Shown: one piece after another, positions 60,785 through 64,000 of the stretch
Layout: every line of letters begins with the position of its first letter
Numbering within the stretch: the stretch's first letter is position 1
From: a virus
DNA length: 64,000 bases
Direction: 5' to 3' (one strand)
IMG/VR virus record: IMGVR_UViG_3300034082_004296
Span: 96,001-160,000 of that record
Program-made: the position numbers and the translations under genes
The notes under the pieces: model-generated
Told to the model about the DNA's origin: nothing
Databases searched by the model: none
Seen by the model: only the letters and a program-made list of their open reading frames with translations

Positions 60785-61565
60785 AGACACGATATATCGA
60801 ATCCTTGGTACTATCATGTCAGGCGTGATCGTTGTTCTTCTCATGAAGAACTGCGAGCTTCAAAAGGGATACGATCGTGAGATTGATCAGCTTAAAAAAT
60901 CGATTATTGCCTCTGACAAGCTTACAAAGGAAGCAGACGGTCGATACGCAAAATTAGTAGATTACTATGCTAGTGAAAAAGATCTATTAAACGATCTAAA
61001 AAAGAATAATCGAGAGCTTTATCAAGAGATCAAAAAACAGGACGAGAAGTTGTTAAGCATAACTAGTTCAATAATATCCCTAGATGAAAAAGTCGTTCAG
61101 GGATTTGGTCAGACTGATCCTGTCGATACTAATCGATTGAATCTTTCCCTAAGATATCCTGATGAAAAGGATCCCTTTGTTTTTTGGGACGGATGGATAA
61201 ACAAAAATACCGCTGCATATCGAGGAACGTTTTCCTTTGGTAAACTTCCAATAAAAGTGGTTCTTACTGAAGAGTCTAGAGGCTTATGGAAGAGTCGAAT
61301 CATTGGACCCGAATGGTTGAAAGTAGATTCATTATCAATATTAAGCATTCCACCAGAAGAATATGTTGTTGCAAAACCTAAAAAAGTACAATGGCTAGTT
61401 GGCGGCTCCTATATGTATACTATGAATACTAACCTCCAAGGAGTGGGAGTAGATATTGGCCTAAGTCTTTTTGATCGACATAACCTAATGCTAGGAGCAA
61501 CTACATTAAACCAAGTAAGCGTTAGATATGTATATAAGATTAAGACACTTAAAAGAAAAAAGTAA
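60777..61565 (+). CDS. Membrane-anchored coiled-coil protein with C-terminal amphipathic beta-strands (spanin-like candidate)
   Basis: N-terminal hydrophobic helix (ILGTIMSGVIVVLLMKNC), a coiled coil, then WLVGGSY...VGVDIGLSL...VSVRYVYKI. Confidence 0.5.
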   Translation: MNKDTIYRILGTIMSGVIVVLLMKNCELQKGYDREIDQLKKSIIASDKLTKEADGRYAKLVDYYASEKDLLNDLKKNNRELYQEIKKQDEKLLSITSSIISLDEKVVQGFGQTDPVDTNRLNLSLRYPDEKDPFVFWDGWINKNTAAYRGTFSFGKLPIKVVLTEESRGLWKSRIIGPEWLKVDSLSILSIPPEEYVVAKPKKVQWLVGGSYMYTMNTNLQGVGVDIGLSLFDRHNLMLGATTLNQVSVRYVYKIKTLKRKK

Positions 61566-61567
61566 GA

Positions 61568-63556
61568 ATGGCACAAAGTAGATTCATAAACATATCGTCT
61601 TACTGTATTGCAGAATACCAGTTTGAACAAATAGGCTCTCTTAATTTCTACAATGAGGATTTTATCTTTGTTGAAAATGCGATTACAGGAGGTCATCAAA
61701 TATTTAATACTGACGCTTCATATAATACTTTGAAGAATATTAGAGACTTGTCAGTCGTTCCTATCGAAAACAACACTTATGTGTATCTAGATAGCGAAAA
61801 GGTTCCAAATTACCTTAATTATAATCCTCAGTTTACATCATCGACTCTATCCGGATATAATGTGGTAATGGATAGAGTGAGGTTTCACTTTGTATCAGGT
61901 TTTGACTTCGATAACTTTAAAGCTCTAATCTTATCTGTAAGTAATCCTGAGAATAACGGAACAATCAATATTTTTGCAAACATACTTGTTGCGCCTGAAA
62001 CTATTTCTGAACTCATAATATTCAATCCCAAACCTCTTTTTCTCTCAAACGCAGTATACGATAGATACATCGACGTTTACATACCTTCTATAAAGAACAT
62101 AAATGAGGATTTTGTGACTGCACCAGTACCAGCCTTGACTTTTGCTGCGGCAATTACGCCAAGCCCAAGTGGACCTTCTGGTCTAGTCTATAACAATCCC
62201 ATAACTTTATCTCTACTTGAGTGCGGAACCAAAAAACCAATCTTTACTAATACTTCAATGATCTATGATTCATATGAAGTTTCGGAAGTATACACGGCAA
62301 CTGTTTCGCAGACTAATGAGTTTAATAACGTTGGAGCCTATGTGAATCAAGCTGTGCTTGGAGATTATCTAGAATTTTATCTTACTTTTAATTCAGCCTT
62401 TCCTGGAGAGTTAATATCTATATTAAACCGAAGAAATCCAGTTGACGATTGGATCATAGTTCACCAGTTAAGTGTATTTGAACAAGTAGGAACTGCTTTT
62501 ATCAATACTGCAAGGCTAGTGTTTTTCCAAGAAGACTCATATGATGAACCAAATGTTTTTAGACCTGTCCTTAAATATGCTCATGAAGCAATCAGCATGT
62601 CAGTCGACTATATCGCGCGATTGACTAATCGAAGAAATGGCGAACAGATAATTAGGGAAGCTTCATTTAACCTAGTTTCTCCGAAAAAATATGGAAGAAG
62701 CCTGATAAACTTACCTCTACTTGATAAACCACAATCCCAAAAAATATACAATAAGATCGTTAAGAATAACTTTGAAGCGACTTCACTTTTTATTGAGCCG
62801 ACTCCCATTAGTAAGCAAAGTGTCATTACTCCATCAGTACCAACGCAAGTTACTGAAGTTGTTCGTACAGAATTTGTGCCAATCTTTTTTAATAACAATA
62901 ACATTTCAATATCTAACGTTAATTCAATGATTAAGTCAACTGATTCTTCTGAGGAAGTTGTGTTTGGTCCTGGAAAGTTACGATTTATCTTGTCGCCGTT
63001 TGATAATATTCTTAAATTAAAAGTATTTACTGAGGCTGCTTTGGCAAATGCTGAAAATCCACTAGTTCCTTTAGATCTAAACGTGAATGCCGCAAAATAC
63101 CGACTAGTTTTTGAGACATCGTCAGGTAAAGTATCAATCGATAACGTAAACGACTCTAGTCAGGAAAACCTATCGACTGGCCAAATAACATTCAATATAG
63201 CTAAAAAAGAGAGCGAGTCTGTGACCAACTCAAAAAATAAGACAGTGTATATAGTGTCGGTTTCCCAAGACGGCCGTGAGACATTAATGTATACTGGAGA
63301 GTGGAGAAAGCCTAGCGAACAGTCAGATGTTGATGCTGCAATTGCTCAAGCAAAAGCAGATGCCGCTGCTAAAAAGGACCTAACTAAGATACTTGGTGGA
63401 ATCAAGGACAGACTATCATTGATTACTAAATTGGATCTTGCAAATAAAGTTGATGCTAGTTCTACAGTGAAGAGCAAAGGAGAAGCTCCTATCGTGAACA
63501 GGTTCGGTGTAGCCGGATCAAAATCGATACGGACAAACGGTTCTAACTCTAAGTAA
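61568..63556 (+). CDS. Large hypothetical (probably virion) protein
   Basis: 662 aa, beta-rich, in the late region. Confidence 0.7.
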   Translation: MAQSRFINISSYCIAEYQFEQIGSLNFYNEDFIFVENAITGGHQIFNTDASYNTLKNIRDLSVVPIENNTYVYLDSEKVPNYLNYNPQFTSSTLSGYNVVMDRVRFHFVSGFDFDNFKALILSVSNPENNGTINIFANILVAPETISELIIFNPKPLFLSNAVYDRYIDVYIPSIKNINEDFVTAPVPALTFAAAITPSPSGPSGLVYNNPITLSLLECGTKKPIFTNTSMIYDSYEVSEVYTATVSQTNEFNNVGAYVNQAVLGDYLEFYLTFNSAFPGELISILNRRNPVDDWIIVHQLSVFEQVGTAFINTARLVFFQEDSYDEPNVFRPVLKYAHEAISMSVDYIARLTNRRNGEQIIREASFNLVSPKKYGRSLINLPLLDKPQSQKIYNKIVKNNFEATSLFIEPTPISKQSVITPSVPTQVTEVVRTEFVPIFFNNNNISISNVNSMIKSTDSSEEVVFGPGKLRFILSPFDNILKLKVFTEAALANAENPLVPLDLNVNAAKYRLVFETSSGKVSIDNVNDSSQENLSTGQITFNIAKKESESVTNSKNKTVYIVSVSQDGRETLMYTGEWRKPSEQSDVDAAIAQAKADAAAKKDLTKILGGIKDRLSLITKLDLANKVDASSTVKSKGEAPIVNRFGVAGSKSIRTNGSNSK

Positions 63557-63627
63557 TCAAATATAGAAACACCACCGAATAATTAACGATTTATTGAGAT
63601 AAATAAAAAAAAATAATAATTCACGAA

Positions 63628-64000
63628 ATGAAAGGCTTCGTAGACAAAATATTAACTGAACTTAAGACTAATACTACTCTTAAATCAGAACCACTAGTAA
63701 AACTTTTAACTGAATCGATTGATAAATCGATATCATTGGGTGAACCGACTCCAGTAATCTATAATAATATAAAGAGCGGGTTAACTTCAATTAATGCTAA
63801 AGTTAAGAGCAAAAAATTAACTACTATTCTAGAGCAGTTTAAAAAAATTGAAACTACTCCTGAATCACAAACTGCGATCATTGCTAAAAAAGCAAAACTT
63901 TCTGAGAAATTAAAAGCTATTCGTGAATCTAAGTCTGGTACAAACCCTATCGTACTTAATCAAGTAGAATTATTTGAATCTTACCTAAATAACGGTACTC
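63628..64000 (+). CDS. Truncated ORF, probable prohead scaffold/core protein
   Basis: Not in the track. ATG at 63628 follows GATAAATA (63598-63605). MKGFVDKILTELKTNNTLKSEPLVKLLTES... contains repeated (L/I)xE(S) sites and stays open to the window end. Confidence 0.6.
   Translation, partial: MKGFVDKILTELKTNTTLKSEPLVKLLTESIDKSISLGEPTPVIYNNIKSGLTSINAKVKSKKLTTILEQFKKIETTPESQTAIIAKKAKLSEKLKAIRESKSGTNPIVLNQVELFESYLNNGT

Overview
This is 64 kb of an AT-rich, densely coding large dsDNA tailed phage: a T4-like or 'jumbo' myovirus using the standard genetic code. The host is probably a Bacteroidota, inferred from A-rich start contexts without Shine-Dalgarno motifs and from the accessory gene families. 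The left arm (1-12.4 kb, minus strand) carries class I ribonucleotide reductase (nrdA/nrdB) with a SET-domain gene between them, a ribosomal protein S1-like gene, groEL, two nucleases and UV-damage endonuclease UvsE. A divergent non-coding switch lies at about 12.45-12.88 kb. The right part (mostly plus strand) carries a RuvC-like resolvase, a T4 gp55-like late sigma factor, very large baseplate/fibre proteins, gp14/gp15-like neck and tail proteins, a cluster of small putative head-internal proteins, a glycosyltransferase-glycosyltransferase-sulfotransferase cassette facing an inverted block of beta-repeat fibre genes, a baseplate gp6-like protein, terminase, a second (ECF-like) sigma factor, membrane proteins, gp26/gp51-like hub chaperones, a tape-measure candidate and a truncated scaffold-like gene. 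Main signals: (i) a recurrent N-terminal tag like the T4 capsid-targeting sequence on at least 7 proteins, several of which look like protease-cleaved polyproteins with enzyme or metal-binding cargo; (ii) a sugar/sulfate modification cassette next to modular Cys- or Tyr-rich fibres; (iii) an amidoligase-like protein whose catalytic residues appear to be replaced; (iv) two distinct promoter motifs matching two phage sigma factors; (v) a candidate +1/-2 frameshift in the gene pair before the tape-measure candidate. No database searches were run; all family calls come from motif recognition by eye.
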